NCBI GenBank assembly: GCA_965214405.1
Contig: OZ243956.1
Coordinates: 96,001-160,000, forward strand
Origin: Trueperaceae bacterium
Lineage (GTDB): Bacteria > Deinococcota > Deinococci > Deinococcales > Trueperaceae
Reading direction: 5' to 3'
DNA length: 64,000 nt
Below are positions 10,138 to 20,583 of this stretch, piece by piece. Every line of letters begins with the position of its first letter. The stretch's first letter is position 1. The notes below the pieces were generated by a model. The model worked only from the letters and a program-made list of their open reading frames with translations, was not told where the DNA came from and did not search any database. The position numbers and the translations under genes are program-made.

Positions 10138-11227
10138 TCAAGCGGCGACGCCTTCGCGCGCACCCCACTCGAGGCCCGACCAGATAAGCCCCTCGATATC
10201 GCCGTCTAGCACGTTATCGGGATCGTGGCGCATCTCGCCGCTGCGGTGGTCCTTGATGTACTGCTTGTCGAGGACGTAAGAGCGGATTTGCGAGCCCCAC
10301 TCGATGGCCTTTTGCTCGCCGCGGGCTTCGCGCTGCTCGTCCAAGCGCCGCCGCTCTTCTCGCTCCCAGAGCCTGCTGCGAAGGACCGTCATCGCCTTCT
10401 CGCGGTTTTTGATTTGCGACTTGCCGTCCTGGCAGGTCACCATGATTTCGTCACTCGTGCCGCCTTTATAGACCACCCGCACCGCCGAGTCGGTCGTATT
10501 CACCGACTGACCGCCGGGTCCCGAGGAGCGGTAGACGTCCACCCGCACGTCGTTGGGGTCGATGGCAACCTCAATGGCGTCGTCTATCTCGGGCATCACC
10601 TCGGCGGAGGCGAAACTCGTGTGACGGCGCCCCTGCGCGTCAAAGGGGCTCACCCGCACCAAACGGTGAACGCCGCTCTCGACCCGGAGGAGGCCAAAGG
10701 CGCGCTCGCCGCGCACGATCATCTGCGCGTAGTCGACGCCGCCCGGTGCGGCGTCGCTTGGCACCAAGTCCAGCACCTCGACCTTGAAGCCCTGCCGCTC
10801 GGCGAAGCGGCGGTACATGCGAAAGAGCATCCCGGCCCAGTCCGACGACTCGGTGCCGCCCGCGCCGGGTTTGATGGTGAGAATCGCCGCGCGCTCGTCG
10901 TGCGCACCCGAAAAGAGCGTTTCGCGGTAGAGCTCGTCCAAAGTTTTCTGAATGCGCGCCCGCTCGTCCTCCAACTCCGCCTTTTCCTCGTCGGAAGCTA
11001 TCTCGAAGAGTTCGGACAAGCCTTCGACGTCATTTTCCAACCTCGCAAAGCTCTCTACCACCCGCCGCAACCGCGTCGCCTCCTGCGTGACCTCTTTGGC
11101 CTCGGTGGGGTCGTTCCACAGGCCCGGGTCGTTCAGTCGGGGTTCTAAAGCCTTTAGCCGGGCCTCTTTGTGAGCAACATCAAAGATACCCCCGAAGGGC
11201 CAGAAGTTGTTCTTTTTGTTCCTGCAT
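10138..11227 (-). CDS. prfB: Peptide chain release factor 2, with programmed +1 frameshift
   Basis: SPF and GGQ motifs; ATG at 11227 with AAGGAG RBS; MQEQKEQLLALRGYL then CTT TGA T shift site. Confidence 0.97.
11179..11194 (-). promoter_or_regulatory. prfB frameshift cassette (internal SD-like CGGGGG, TAT, CTT TGA T)
   Basis: Minus strand CGGGGGTATCTTTGAT; +1 shift resumes D-V-A-H-K-E-A-R-L. Confidence 0.93.
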
Positions 11228-11343
11228 GATGCGTCTCCTTTTGGGCGCAGGGCGCGCCCTCGTTTACCGTCTCAGCCTATCGTAACGCATTCTCTCCAAC
11301 GTTCGCGTCTTTAGAGGTTAGGCGTCGGGCAATCCCGCTGCTC

Positions 11344-11404
11344 CGTCACCCCTTTACCGCCACCCTGTCACCACCCTGTCACCACACCGTCACCCCCTTC
11401 ACCG
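11344..11404. repeat. Short imperfect tandem repeat (CCACCCTGTCA-like units) in the divergent intergenic region
   Basis: ccaccctgtca ccaccctgtca ccacaccgtca, flanked by related ccgtcacccc units. Confidence 0.6.
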
Positions 11405-11606
11405 AAAGCTAATTCTTCAACGTTACCTTGGGTGGGCCTATGTTAGCATCGAAAAACGCCGTACGAACGGTTCTTTTACAACTTGGGTTGAGTTTTATCG
11501 TTTTGAACTTTTGGGGTGCCCCAAGCCTGACTCGGCCTGGCCCACCCGCTCGACGCTTTTTGAACGGTGCTTCGAGATAAGCACCGACCTTACCGGAGGG
11601 TTTTGT

Positions 11607-12341
11607 TTGTCCCAGTTCCGTCTCCTTCTCGACTTTTTGGACATCGTCGTCGTCGCCGTGCTTTTGTATCAGGTTTACAGGCTGCTCATGGGCTCGAGGG
11701 CCTGGAACGTGTTCCGCGGGCTCGCCGCGCTCGCGGGGTTGTGGTTTTTGGCGACCCAGCTCGGGCTGAACGCGACCGAATGGCTTTTTGACCGGGCGGC
11801 CCCGGTTGCGTTCTTGGCGGTCGTGATCGTGTTTCAGCCCGAGCTGCGGAGCGCCCTGGAGCATTTCGGGCGAGGCCGCGGGGGCCGCACCGTGGGCGGC
11901 GACCCCGTGCAGGAGATCATGTCGGCGGTGCGCGAACTCGCCACCCAGCGGCGGGGCGTGCTGATTGCGGTCGAGCAGGGGACGCCCCTAGACGAGTACG
12001 GCGCGGTGGGCACACGCCTCAACTCACCCGTGTCATCCGCGCTGCTCCAGACCATTTTCGGCTCCTACGGCCCGCTGCACGACGGCGGCGTGATTATCCG
12101 TGACGACGTGGTGACGCACGCGGGCGCGATTTTCCCCTTGTCGGACAAACACGAGGGCTGGTCGGTCAAGCACGGGACGCGGCACCGGGCGGCCTTGGGG
12201 CTGTCCGAAGCGACCGACGCGCTCGTCATCGTCGTGAGCGAGGAGCGCGGCTCGGTGAGCGTCGCGCAGGAGGGCGTGCTGAAGAGCGACATCGCTCCGG
12301 CGGACGTGCTCGAGGCCCTCCGGGAGATCTACCACTCGTGA
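11607..12341 (+). CDS. cdaA: Diadenylate cyclase CdaA/DacA
   Basis: N-terminal TM helices, FQPELRSALE, PLHDGG, GTRHRAALGLSE; TTG start after GGAGG. Confidence 0.92.
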   Translation: MSQFRLLLDFLDIVVVAVLLYQVYRLLMGSRAWNVFRGLAALAGLWFLATQLGLNATEWLFDRAAPVAFLAVVIVFQPELRSALEHFGRGRGGRTVGGDPVQEIMSAVRELATQRRGVLIAVEQGTPLDEYGAVGTRLNSPVSSALLQTIFGSYGPLHDGGVIIRDDVVTHAGAIFPLSDKHEGWSVKHGTRHRAALGLSEATDALVIVVSEERGSVSVAQEGVLKSDIAPADVLEALREIYHS

Positions 12342-13390
12342 AGCCGGGCAAGCGAGGCGTGGGGCGGGTGAATGTGAGAGGGTGGCTCGAGCATTGGCCG
12401 CAAAAGCTGGCCGCGCTGGGGTTAGCCGTGCTCTTCTGGGTGTTCGTCTCCACCGACGAAACGGTGACGACGCAGCGCTCTTTGCTCGTGCCGCTTAACC
12501 TCCTGGGCCTGAATGCAAACCAAATCCCCGTCGGCGTGCCCGATACCGTCGAGGTCACCGTGTCGGGGCCGGGGCCGCGCATGGACGCGTTGCGGGGTGA
12601 GAATTTGGACGCCGTGCTCGACCTGCGTGGAACCGAAAACGAGTTTGAACGCAACGTCAACGTGTTCCCGCCCCAGGGCCTCACGCTGGTACGCGTCAAC
12701 CCGGGCGAGGTTATCGGCTTCGTTGAAACCCAGAGCAGTAAGCAGGTGCCGGTGAGGGTGGTCTATCTCGGTTCGGAGGGCGCGACGGGAGGTGCAGCGA
12801 CGGATGCGGCCACAAATCCGGCCACAGGCGCAGGAACAGCCCCAGGAACGGACCTCCTCGTCACGCCTATTGTGACGCCGGGCGAGGTGACCGTGCGGGG
12901 ACGTACCGACACGCTTCAGGAAGTCACCGCCGCGCTCGCCCTTGTTGACGGAAACGCTGACGGCGCAAGCGCGGCGGACGCGGGTGCGGGCGGGGTGAAC
13001 GCGGCACCCTACGCCGTGGACGCCTCGGGTCAACCCGTCGCGGGGGTGACGCTCGAGCCTGCCACCGTCGCCGTCACCCTCCGCCGGGAGCCCGTGCTCC
13101 ACCTGCGCACCCTGCCCCTCACGCTCAGCCTCCCCGATGTGTCGCCGCTGGTGGTCGAAAGCAGCGCCTTGAGCGCGGCGGAGGTCGAGCTTGCGGGGTC
13201 GGTCGAGGTACTAAACGAACTCACAGAGGTGACGGCCACCGTAGAACCCGCGACCCTGCCGGGCGCGCCGGGCAGGTATACTTTACCCTTGACGCTGTCG
13301 CTCCCCGAGGGAGTGACCGCCCTTGACACCCCGACCGTGACCTTGCGCCTAGCCGGACGCGCGAGCGAGTCGCCACCCGGCGGAGGTTGA
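12338..13390 (+). CDS. cdaR: CdaR/YbbR-like regulator of diadenylate cyclase
   Basis: KLAALGLAVLFWVFV anchor, repeated P.EVTV.G beta domains; GTGA overlap with cdaA. Confidence 0.85.
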   Translation: MKPGKRGVGRVNVRGWLEHWPQKLAALGLAVLFWVFVSTDETVTTQRSLLVPLNLLGLNANQIPVGVPDTVEVTVSGPGPRMDALRGENLDAVLDLRGTENEFERNVNVFPPQGLTLVRVNPGEVIGFVETQSSKQVPVRVVYLGSEGATGGAATDAATNPATGAGTAPGTDLLVTPIVTPGEVTVRGRTDTLQEVTAALALVDGNADGASAADAGAGGVNAAPYAVDASGQPVAGVTLEPATVAVTLRREPVLHLRTLPLTLSLPDVSPLVVESSALSAAEVELAGSVEVLNELTEVTATVEPATLPGAPGRYTLPLTLSLPEGVTALDTPTVTLRLAGRASESPPGGG

Positions 13391-13394
13391 ACGC

Positions 13395-14066
13395 GTGATC
13401 TACCCCATTCGCTACTTCGGCGACCCGGTGCTGCGCCGCGCCGCGAGCCCCGTGACCGACTTTGACAAAAGCCTAGCGAAGTTGGCCGCCGACATGTTCG
13501 AAACCATGTACGACGCCAACGGCGTCGGCCTGGCCGCGCCCCAGATAGGGCTGCCGAAAAGGCTGTTCGTGGCGCTCGAGCTGGCCCCGCGAAACGAGGA
13601 CGAGATCACCGGCGAGGTTGAAGACGAGGACGCGGGCGTGGACGTCAACACCCTCACCCGCGCCGAAAAGCGCGCGCACTGGGGCGTGTTGGCCGAGCAC
13701 GTGATGGTCAACCCCGACATCATCCACCGCGAAAAGGTGCAGCGCGTGCAAGACGGCTGCCTGAGCCTGCCCGGTCTTTACGCCGAGGAGGTGGAACGCG
13801 ACCTTAAAGTGAGCGTGCGCTATCAAGACCTGACGGGAAGAGCGCTCGAGCGCGCCGCCGAGGGCCACTTCGCCCACGTCATCCAGCACGAACTCGACCA
13901 CTTAAACGGCGTGCTCTTTATCGACCGTTTGCCGGAGGAGGAGCGGCGCGCGTTTATGAACACGCACCGCCGCGAACTCGCGGGGATGCAGCGCGACGCC
14001 AAGGCGCTCCTCAAGAGGTTGCGCCACGAGCCGCTACTTACGCCTGTCGGAACCGCGTCAAGGTAG
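13395..14066 (+). CDS. def: Peptide deformylase
   Basis: GVGLAAPQIG, DGCLSLP, QHELDHLNG. Confidence 0.95.
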   Translation: MIYPIRYFGDPVLRRAASPVTDFDKSLAKLAADMFETMYDANGVGLAAPQIGLPKRLFVALELAPRNEDEITGEVEDEDAGVDVNTLTRAEKRAHWGVLAEHVMVNPDIIHREKVQRVQDGCLSLPGLYAEEVERDLKVSVRYQDLTGRALERAAEGHFAHVIQHELDHLNGVLFIDRLPEEERRAFMNTHRRELAGMQRDAKALLKRLRHEPLLTPVGTASR

Positions 14067-14996
14067 ATGCGCGTCGCTCTTTTCGGCTCCCCCACCTTTG
14101 CGCTGCCCGTGTTGGAGGCTTTGCGCGCCCACCATGAGGTCGCGCTGGTCATCACTCAACCCGACAAGGGCGCGGGCCGCGGGCTCAAACTCACCGCGCC
14201 GCCCGTGGCTAAGCGGGCCAGGGCGTTGGGGCTGAGGCTCGAGCAGCCTTCAAAGTTAAAGAAAAACGAGGGTTTTCATGCACTCGTGCGTGAGCTTGAC
14301 TTAGACGTCGCTATCACCGCCGCATACGGGAAAATTCTGCCGGGAAGTTTACTTGATACTCCCAAACACGGTTTTCTCAACGTTCACGCGAGTCTGCTGC
14401 CCAACTACCGCGGCGCGGCCCCCGTCCAGTGGGCCTTGATCAACGGCGAAAAGGAAACGGGCGTAAGCATCATGCAAACGGATGTGGGGCTTGATACCGG
14501 ATCCGTTCGCTTGCAAAAATCTTTAGATATTGCGCCCGAAGACGACGCGCTGACGCTTTTTGATAAGCTTTCGGCGCTTGGGGCGGAAACTCTTTTGGAG
14601 GCTTTGGGGGCGCTCGAGCGGGGCACCCTCCCCTGCCACCCGCAAGACGAGGGCGCGGCCACGCACGCGGGGCTGCTGAGCAAAGAGGACGGCGAAGTCC
14701 GCTGGGAAGACTCGGCGGAGGGTATTCGTAACCGCTTCCGGGGCGTTATCGCTTGGCCGGGGACGTGGACGACGCGGGGTAGGGGCGTGCTCAAAATTCA
14801 CGGGCTCGAGGCTCACCAAAAAACTAGGTCGGGTGAGGTGGGGCGGGTGCTTGATGTGAGCGACGCCGGAGTGCTCGTGGCTGCCGGGACGGGGGCGGTC
14901 CTGCTCAAGGCTGTGCAGCCCGCGGGCAAGCCCCGGATGGACGCGCGCGCCTGGGCCAACGGCTACGGCGCAAAGGTGGGAGATTCTTTTGTCTGA
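14067..14996 (+). CDS. fmt: Methionyl-tRNA formyltransferase
   Basis: FGSPTFA, TQPDKGAGRG, NVHASLLPNYRGAAPVQWA. Confidence 0.96.
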   Translation: MRVALFGSPTFALPVLEALRAHHEVALVITQPDKGAGRGLKLTAPPVAKRARALGLRLEQPSKLKKNEGFHALVRELDLDVAITAAYGKILPGSLLDTPKHGFLNVHASLLPNYRGAAPVQWALINGEKETGVSIMQTDVGLDTGSVRLQKSLDIAPEDDALTLFDKLSALGAETLLEALGALERGTLPCHPQDEGAATHAGLLSKEDGEVRWEDSAEGIRNRFRGVIAWPGTWTTRGRGVLKIHGLEAHQKTRSGEVGRVLDVSDAGVLVAAGTGAVLLKAVQPAGKPRMDARAWANGYGAKVGDSFV

Positions 14997-16404
14997 CTTT
15001 AGCAATCCTGACGCAGATACGCCTAATTTAGAGGATTCCGATATAGATATACAGGACATAGAACCCTCTTTCTCAGCCCCTCCTTCGCGCACCGTCGCCA
15101 TCGTCGGGCGGCCCAACGTGGGTAAATCGAGCCTTTTTAACCGCCTCGTCGGGCGGCGCGAGGCCATCGTCGCGGACGTGCCGGGGGTCACGCGGGACGT
15201 GAAAGAAGGCCGTGTCGAGAGCGACTTGGGCGGCACCTTTACGCTCCTCGACACGGGCGGCCTCTGGTCGGGTGACGAGTGGCAGGAGAAAATCAAGCGG
15301 CGCACCGAGTTCGCCTTGCGCGGTACCAGCCTCGTGCTTTTCTGCGTGGACGGTCGCAGTGAGCTTTCCGCCGCCGACCGCGAGATTGCGAACTGGCTAC
15401 GGACCCTCAACAAAGAAACGCTCTTGTTAGCCACCAAAATGGACGACCCGCGCCACGAGGAAAATCCGGAGCTTTATGAACTCTACGCGCTGGGCTTTGG
15501 CGAGCCCCTATACATCTCCGCAGAGCACGCGCGCGGCACCTATGAGCTGGTGGATTTGATCCTCGAGAAGCTCCCCCCCGAAACCGACGAGGCCGAAGAG
15601 GAGCCCGTCCGCGTCGCCATCATTGGGCGGCCCAACGTTGGCAAATCGAGTCTGCTCAACGCTCTCGTAGGCGACGAACGCACCATCGTCGCCAACATGC
15701 CCGGCACGACGAGGGACGCCGTCGACATCAAATTCGACTTTGGCGGGCGGCCCTTTGTGCTGGTTGACACCGCGGGCATCCGCCGCAAACCCGACGAGGA
15801 CGTCGAGTTCTATTCCAAGCTGCGCTCCGAGCAGGCGCTGCTGAGTTCGGACGTGTCCATTTTGGTCGTCGACCCCTTTGAAATGGGCGACCACGAACTG
15901 CGCATCGCCAACTTGGCTCTGGAGGCGGGCAAGCCCGTCGTCGTCGCCATCAACAAATGGGACTTGGTGAGCGACGCGCAGCTCCCCGAGTTCGAGCGCG
16001 ACATCGCCGAGGCGCTCGCGCACCTTCACTTTGCGCCCAAGGTCTACACGAGCGCGCTCAACGCGTACGGTTTGCACGACCTGTTGGCGACCGTGATTCG
16101 GCTCTACGACACCGCGCGCTTTAGGGTGTCTACCGGCAACGTGAACCGCTGGTTGGAAGTCTGGACCCAGCGCCAGAGCCCGCCCAACTTCAAGGGCAAG
16201 CCCTTGAAACTCCTCTACGGCACCCAGGCCGATGTCGCGCCGCCCACCTTTGTCATTTCTGTCAACAACGAAAAATTTGTGACGCGCGCGTATGAACATT
16301 ACTTGCTAAACCGCATCCGCGAGGATTTGGGCTTTGCGGAGGTGCCCATCCGCATGGTGTTTAAGTCGCGGAGTAAGGACGGCGGCAAGCGGGTAAAGCT
16401 TTAA
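14989..16404 (+). CDS. der: Ribosome biogenesis GTPase Der (EngA)
   Basis: Two GRPNVGKSSL G-domains, DTGG/DTAG, C-terminal PPTFV KH-like domain; exact start uncertain. Confidence 0.96.
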   Translation: MSDFSNPDADTPNLEDSDIDIQDIEPSFSAPPSRTVAIVGRPNVGKSSLFNRLVGRREAIVADVPGVTRDVKEGRVESDLGGTFTLLDTGGLWSGDEWQEKIKRRTEFALRGTSLVLFCVDGRSELSAADREIANWLRTLNKETLLLATKMDDPRHEENPELYELYALGFGEPLYISAEHARGTYELVDLILEKLPPETDEAEEEPVRVAIIGRPNVGKSSLLNALVGDERTIVANMPGTTRDAVDIKFDFGGRPFVLVDTAGIRRKPDEDVEFYSKLRSEQALLSSDVSILVVDPFEMGDHELRIANLALEAGKPVVVAINKWDLVSDAQLPEFERDIAEALAHLHFAPKVYTSALNAYGLHDLLATVIRLYDTARFRVSTGNVNRWLEVWTQRQSPPNFKGKPLKLLYGTQADVAPPTFVISVNNEKFVTRAYEHYLLNRIREDLGFAEVPIRMVFKSRSKDGGKRVKL

Positions 16405-16643
16405 CCTCTCGCTTGCGTAAAAAATAAAGAGCTCCGGGAATACGTAGAGAGGCGTGAGGCTCGAGCATCTTTCCCCTTTGTGAGCCTTTTCCAAGCCCTT
16501 TCCGCACCGGGGCTTAGCCAAACCAAGCTCCAGGGTTGTACAACTCGCTTTACAACACTAACTTTGCCTGACACCTCCTAGACGCCAAGGGTGTAGCATG
16601 ATGCACCACACGTTCTGATCCTTGGTTATGAGGAGGTAAACCC

Positions 16644-18491
16644 ATGCGCACTGTTTTGTTCCTACTGGCGCTCACCCTAAGCTTCTCTTTCGGCCAAAGC
16701 GAGCCCGCAGGGGCAGGTGCCGATATCGAAGCGCGCCTCAACCTAAGCTTCGAGCACTCAGACGGCGACCAGCCCGCGGATTGGGCGAGCAGCGGCTGGC
16801 AGAACGCGCCCTACAAGGTTTACCTCACGCACCAAGAGGCTTACCAGGGCGCAAAGAGCGTCATCTTCCGCTGTGCGGCCCAGACGTGCGGTTCGGGCGC
16901 GTTTGGCGTCGTGACCAAGCGCCTTGCGGCCCAAAGCTTGGTTGGCAAGGAGCTTAGATTACGCGGCTTTCTCAAAGCCGACGCGGTTGAAGGGGGCTAC
17001 GCAGGGCTTTGGATGCGAATTGACGGCGCATTTGTTGAGGGTCGCCCGGAGCAACTAGCTTTTGACAACATGAGCGACCGCGGCGTAACGGGGACTCAAG
17101 ACTGGACCCCTTATGAAATTGTGCTCGAGGTGCCCGAGGGCGCGCAAGACGTGTTCTTCGGCGCGCTCTTCACGGGTCGGGGGAGCGCCTGGGCGGACGC
17201 GTTGGAGTTCAGCGTGGGCGACCCGGTCACGGGAACCTATACGCCCGTCGCCGAGGTGCTGAGCGCCGCCGAGCTTGCCGAAGAGAGCTTCCGGCCGCCC
17301 GCCGAGCTGCTCACCTGGCTGCGAGAGAACGCCGTGCCCCTGGAGACGGTCCACCCGACTGCCGATGCCACCGACCTGACGCCCCTAAAAGAGGTTATCG
17401 GCAACGCCCGTATCGTCGGCTTGGGCGAGGCCACCCACGGCACGAGCGAGTTCTTCACGCTCAAGCACCGCCTGGTAAGGTTTTTGGCCGAAGAGATGGG
17501 CTTCACCGTCTTCTCTATTGAAGCTAATATGCCCGAGGCCTACCGGCTCAACGACTACGTGCTGACCGGCGAAGGAGACCCCAAGGAGTTACTCAGGGGC
17601 ATATACTTCTGGACCTGGGACACCCAGGAGGTCCTGGACATGATCCTGTGGATGCGCGACTATAACGCTTCGGGTGCCGGGGTCATACAGTTCACGGGCT
17701 TTGACATGCAGACCCCAACGGTGGCGATGGACGAGGTGCGCGCCTTTGTCGAGCGCTATGACTCTGCGTACTTAAACGACCTTGACGAGGCCTACGCGGC
17801 CGTCGCGGCGGCGTACGAGACGCGGCCGGGCCGCTACGAGCACTCGCCGCGGGTGGCCGAGTGGCGGGAGGCCGCGGCGGGGGTGCTCGAGCACCTCGCG
17901 CGCGACCCACAGGCCTACCCGAACGCCACACCCGCCGAACTCGCCTGGGCGCGGCAGAACGCCCGCGTCGTCTTACAAGGTGCCGAAGACTTAGGGAGCG
18001 AGGTGACGCGCGACGAGAGCATGGCCGAGAACGTCGCGTGGATTCTGGAAGAGAACCCCGGTGCCAAGATCGTCCTCTGGGCGCACAACGCGCACGTCGG
18101 CGAGTCCAAGCGTCACCTCTCGATGGGCCGCGTTCTCGCTGAACGCTACGGGGAGGGCTATCTCTCGCTCGGCTTCACCTTCTACGAGGGCGAGTACACC
18201 GCGCGAGAGCGGGAGACGAGCGCACTGGGGACGCACACCGCCGGGTCGGCCCCCGCGGAGAGCGTCGGCGGGACCTTCCACACGCTCGGTTTGCCCCTGT
18301 TCGCGCTCGACCTGCGAACCGCTACACAAGACCCGGCGGCGGCGTGGCTCACTGAACCCCAGGACCTGCGCATGATGGGTGCGTTCGCGGTGGCTGACGA
18401 GCAGGCCTTTTCCTCACCCACCGTGCTGACCGACGACTACGACGTCGTGGTGTTCGTCGATCGGATGACGGCGACCGAGCTGTTGCCGTAA
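16644..18491 (+). CDS. Secreted erythromycin-esterase-family protein with N-terminal carbohydrate-binding-like domain
   Basis: Signal peptide; GLWMRIDG..FDNM..GTQDW domain; VGLGEATHG, GFDMQ, RDESMAENV, LWAHNAHV. Confidence 0.85.
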   Translation: MRTVLFLLALTLSFSFGQSEPAGAGADIEARLNLSFEHSDGDQPADWASSGWQNAPYKVYLTHQEAYQGAKSVIFRCAAQTCGSGAFGVVTKRLAAQSLVGKELRLRGFLKADAVEGGYAGLWMRIDGAFVEGRPEQLAFDNMSDRGVTGTQDWTPYEIVLEVPEGAQDVFFGALFTGRGSAWADALEFSVGDPVTGTYTPVAEVLSAAELAEESFRPPAELLTWLRENAVPLETVHPTADATDLTPLKEVIGNARIVGLGEATHGTSEFFTLKHRLVRFLAEEMGFTVFSIEANMPEAYRLNDYVLTGEGDPKELLRGIYFWTWDTQEVLDMILWMRDYNASGAGVIQFTGFDMQTPTVAMDEVRAFVERYDSAYLNDLDEAYAAVAAAYETRPGRYEHSPRVAEWREAAAGVLEHLARDPQAYPNATPAELAWARQNARVVLQGAEDLGSEVTRDESMAENVAWILEENPGAKIVLWAHNAHVGESKRHLSMGRVLAERYGEGYLSLGFTFYEGEYTARERETSALGTHTAGSAPAESVGGTFHTLGLPLFALDLRTATQDPAAAWLTEPQDLRMMGAFAVADEQAFSSPTVLTDDYDVVVFVDRMTATELLP

Positions 18492-18546
18492 TGGACGCGG
18501 CGCACCCGTAGATATAAGCCTGAGAGGTGCTGATTCCCGAACCTGC

Positions 18547-19833
18547 TCAAAGGCGCAAGCCGATAAGCGGCACCAGCATTTCATCCGCCGTCAGCGAACC
18601 GTGAAGCCCGCGCAGGGGGTCCGGGCCGCGCTTCCACAAGAAATGCGAACCCTTTGCCAGCAACACCACGTCACCAATGCGCCGCGCGGCGTCCGGGTGC
18701 AGCCGCGTGGAGTCGCCGTACAGACCTGCGCGTAACGCCTGTTCCGCGTCTAAAACTACAAACTCGCTGGCGAGTTCGGCCTGAACGTAGGCCAGCAGCT
18801 CGGCCTTGTGCCCCGCTCGAGCGTACAAATAAACGTGCCGCGCCTCACCACCGGGGAGTAGGGCGCTGTGCTCGAGCAGCCCCGGATAATCCTCCCAAAA
18901 GCGCCCCGCTCGGGGCGGCGTCACAACGTGACCGTGGTCCGCGGTAAGTAAGAATAAAGTATTGCGCCGCTGGGGCGCGCTCAAGCCGTCAAGAAAGCGC
19001 ACTAGCTGGAAGCCGAAGTTTGTCCACAACGCCGCCACGACGGGCGCATCCCAGCCGTCGCGGTGGCTCAGCGTATCGAAGTCGGGGTAATAGGCGTAGG
19101 CGTAAGCTTTCGTTCCCGCCGTCTCGTCCAGCCACGCGCCGAGCTTGTAAAACATATCGGTCGCGTCAATATATCCGTCAATCTCCGCGCCGCGGGGCCG
19201 CATCCGTGACAGCGGGCTGTGGCTGTAGGCCTTGGGCATCACGACGCGCATCGGGATGTTCGCCTTGGCGAGCACTTCCGCCGACGAGGGCGTGGGCAAA
19301 AAGGTTTCAGGCTTTACGCCCCACGCCTCCAGCTCGCCCTGCGCCGGGTTACCTTTGCCCGCCGGGTGCCAGAAGAGCATATTGGCGACCACGCCCAACT
19401 CGGCTAAAAGAAAGCTAAAGCCGAGCATCCCCGTTTCGGCGGGCGCGGCCCCGTCACCGAGGACGACCGTCGTCGCCACGCTCGTCGTGGGGGGCGCGAC
19501 CGTGGTGAGCGGGGTGTTGAGGACGCCGTAACGGTCCAAAACGTTTTGAAACCTCGCCTCTTCTCCTGTCCCATCACGCGCCAAGTGGGCCTGTAACTGA
19601 TTCCAGCCGAGGCCGTCAACGAGCAGCAAGACGACGCGCTCTACACCCTCTCCCAAACGGTCCAGGAGGGGGGGCTCGAGCCCCTCGCCCGCCCAGCCCT
19701 CGGTGACACCGAGGAGCCCGCCGACCGTCGCGGGCAGATTCGCCAGGGAACGTCCGCCGTAACGCGGGATAACGAAAGACTCGGGCAACAGCGCGTTCAG
19801 GAGCCTGTTTTGCGCGGGAGGAAGGTCGGACAC
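18547..19833 (-). CDS. Alkaline phosphatase superfamily / nucleotide pyrophosphatase-phosphodiesterase
   Basis: LLLVDGLG, PPTTSVA, DTLSH, LTADHG, GLHGSLTADEMLVP. Confidence 0.85.
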   Translation of the reverse strand: MSDLPPAQNRLLNALLPESFVIPRYGGRSLANLPATVGGLLGVTEGWAGEGLEPPLLDRLGEGVERVVLLLVDGLGWNQLQAHLARDGTGEEARFQNVLDRYGVLNTPLTTVAPPTTSVATTVVLGDGAAPAETGMLGFSFLLAELGVVANMLFWHPAGKGNPAQGELEAWGVKPETFLPTPSSAEVLAKANIPMRVVMPKAYSHSPLSRMRPRGAEIDGYIDATDMFYKLGAWLDETAGTKAYAYAYYPDFDTLSHRDGWDAPVVAALWTNFGFQLVRFLDGLSAPQRRNTLFLLTADHGHVVTPPRAGRFWEDYPGLLEHSALLPGGEARHVYLYARAGHKAELLAYVQAELASEFVVLDAEQALRAGLYGDSTRLHPDAARRIGDVVLLAKGSHFLWKRGPDPLRGLHGSLTADEMLVPLIGLRL

Positions 19834-20005
19834 AGCGCAGTATAGCGTCCGGCTGTAAGAAGCGGCTAAGCAACGGGAGCACCCACAGGATCGTTGCTCC
19901 TTTTGTTTACCTTGTGCGCTTGAGGCTTACACCATCATACGCGCATGGCCCAAAACAAACTTCACCCGGTTCGGGTATAATGGGCGGGAACAAAAAGGAG
20001 CCCTC

Positions 20006-20566
20006 ATGTACCGGATTAGCCGCCTCGGACCCGTTCTCGCCCTCCTCTTAGGCGCGCTCCTCGGCGGGTGCAGTTCACCCCCCAACGAGGTCCGCGACAC
20101 GTCTTCTCCCGTGATAACGGATAAAACGCTCTACATTGCCAGGCCCGCGGTCGCAGACTGCACCGAGCCGGGCTGCTCTTACACGTTCACGGTCAAAGCG
20201 AGTTATACGAACCACACCGACCGTCCTCTGTACCTTGCCCGGTGTTACCCGGATAGCCCGACACCCATCTACGGCGTTCGGCTGATCGCCCCCAGAGGCG
20301 AAGGGGAGTCCGCGTACAACCCAATCTGGGCCTGCGTGGGGCATGACGAGGCCATAGAGGTGCTTCCCGGAGAAACGCGAAAGGATACGCTCACCATTTG
20401 GGGACTCAATGCTTTTGACGGTGAGACGGGCGAGCCCTATGGGGAGCTCGAGGGCGACTTTCAGCTCAACTACCAGGTGCAAATCTGCCCCGAAGAGGAT
20501 GTAACGTGCGGGCTCGTGTACGCGGCAGGAAGCTCTAACACCTTTGAGGTGCGGCTGGCGCGGTGA
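20006..20566 (+). CDS. Hypothetical lipoprotein
   Basis: Lipobox LLGGC, RBS AAGGAG, upstream TATAAT. Confidence 0.7.
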   Translation: MYRISRLGPVLALLLGALLGGCSSPPNEVRDTSSPVITDKTLYIARPAVADCTEPGCSYTFTVKASYTNHTDRPLYLARCYPDSPTPIYGVRLIAPRGEGESAYNPIWACVGHDEAIEVLPGETRKDTLTIWGLNAFDGETGEPYGELEGDFQLNYQVQICPEEDVTCGLVYAAGSSNTFEVRLAR

Positions 20567-20583
20567 GGGAGGCTCGAGCCACT

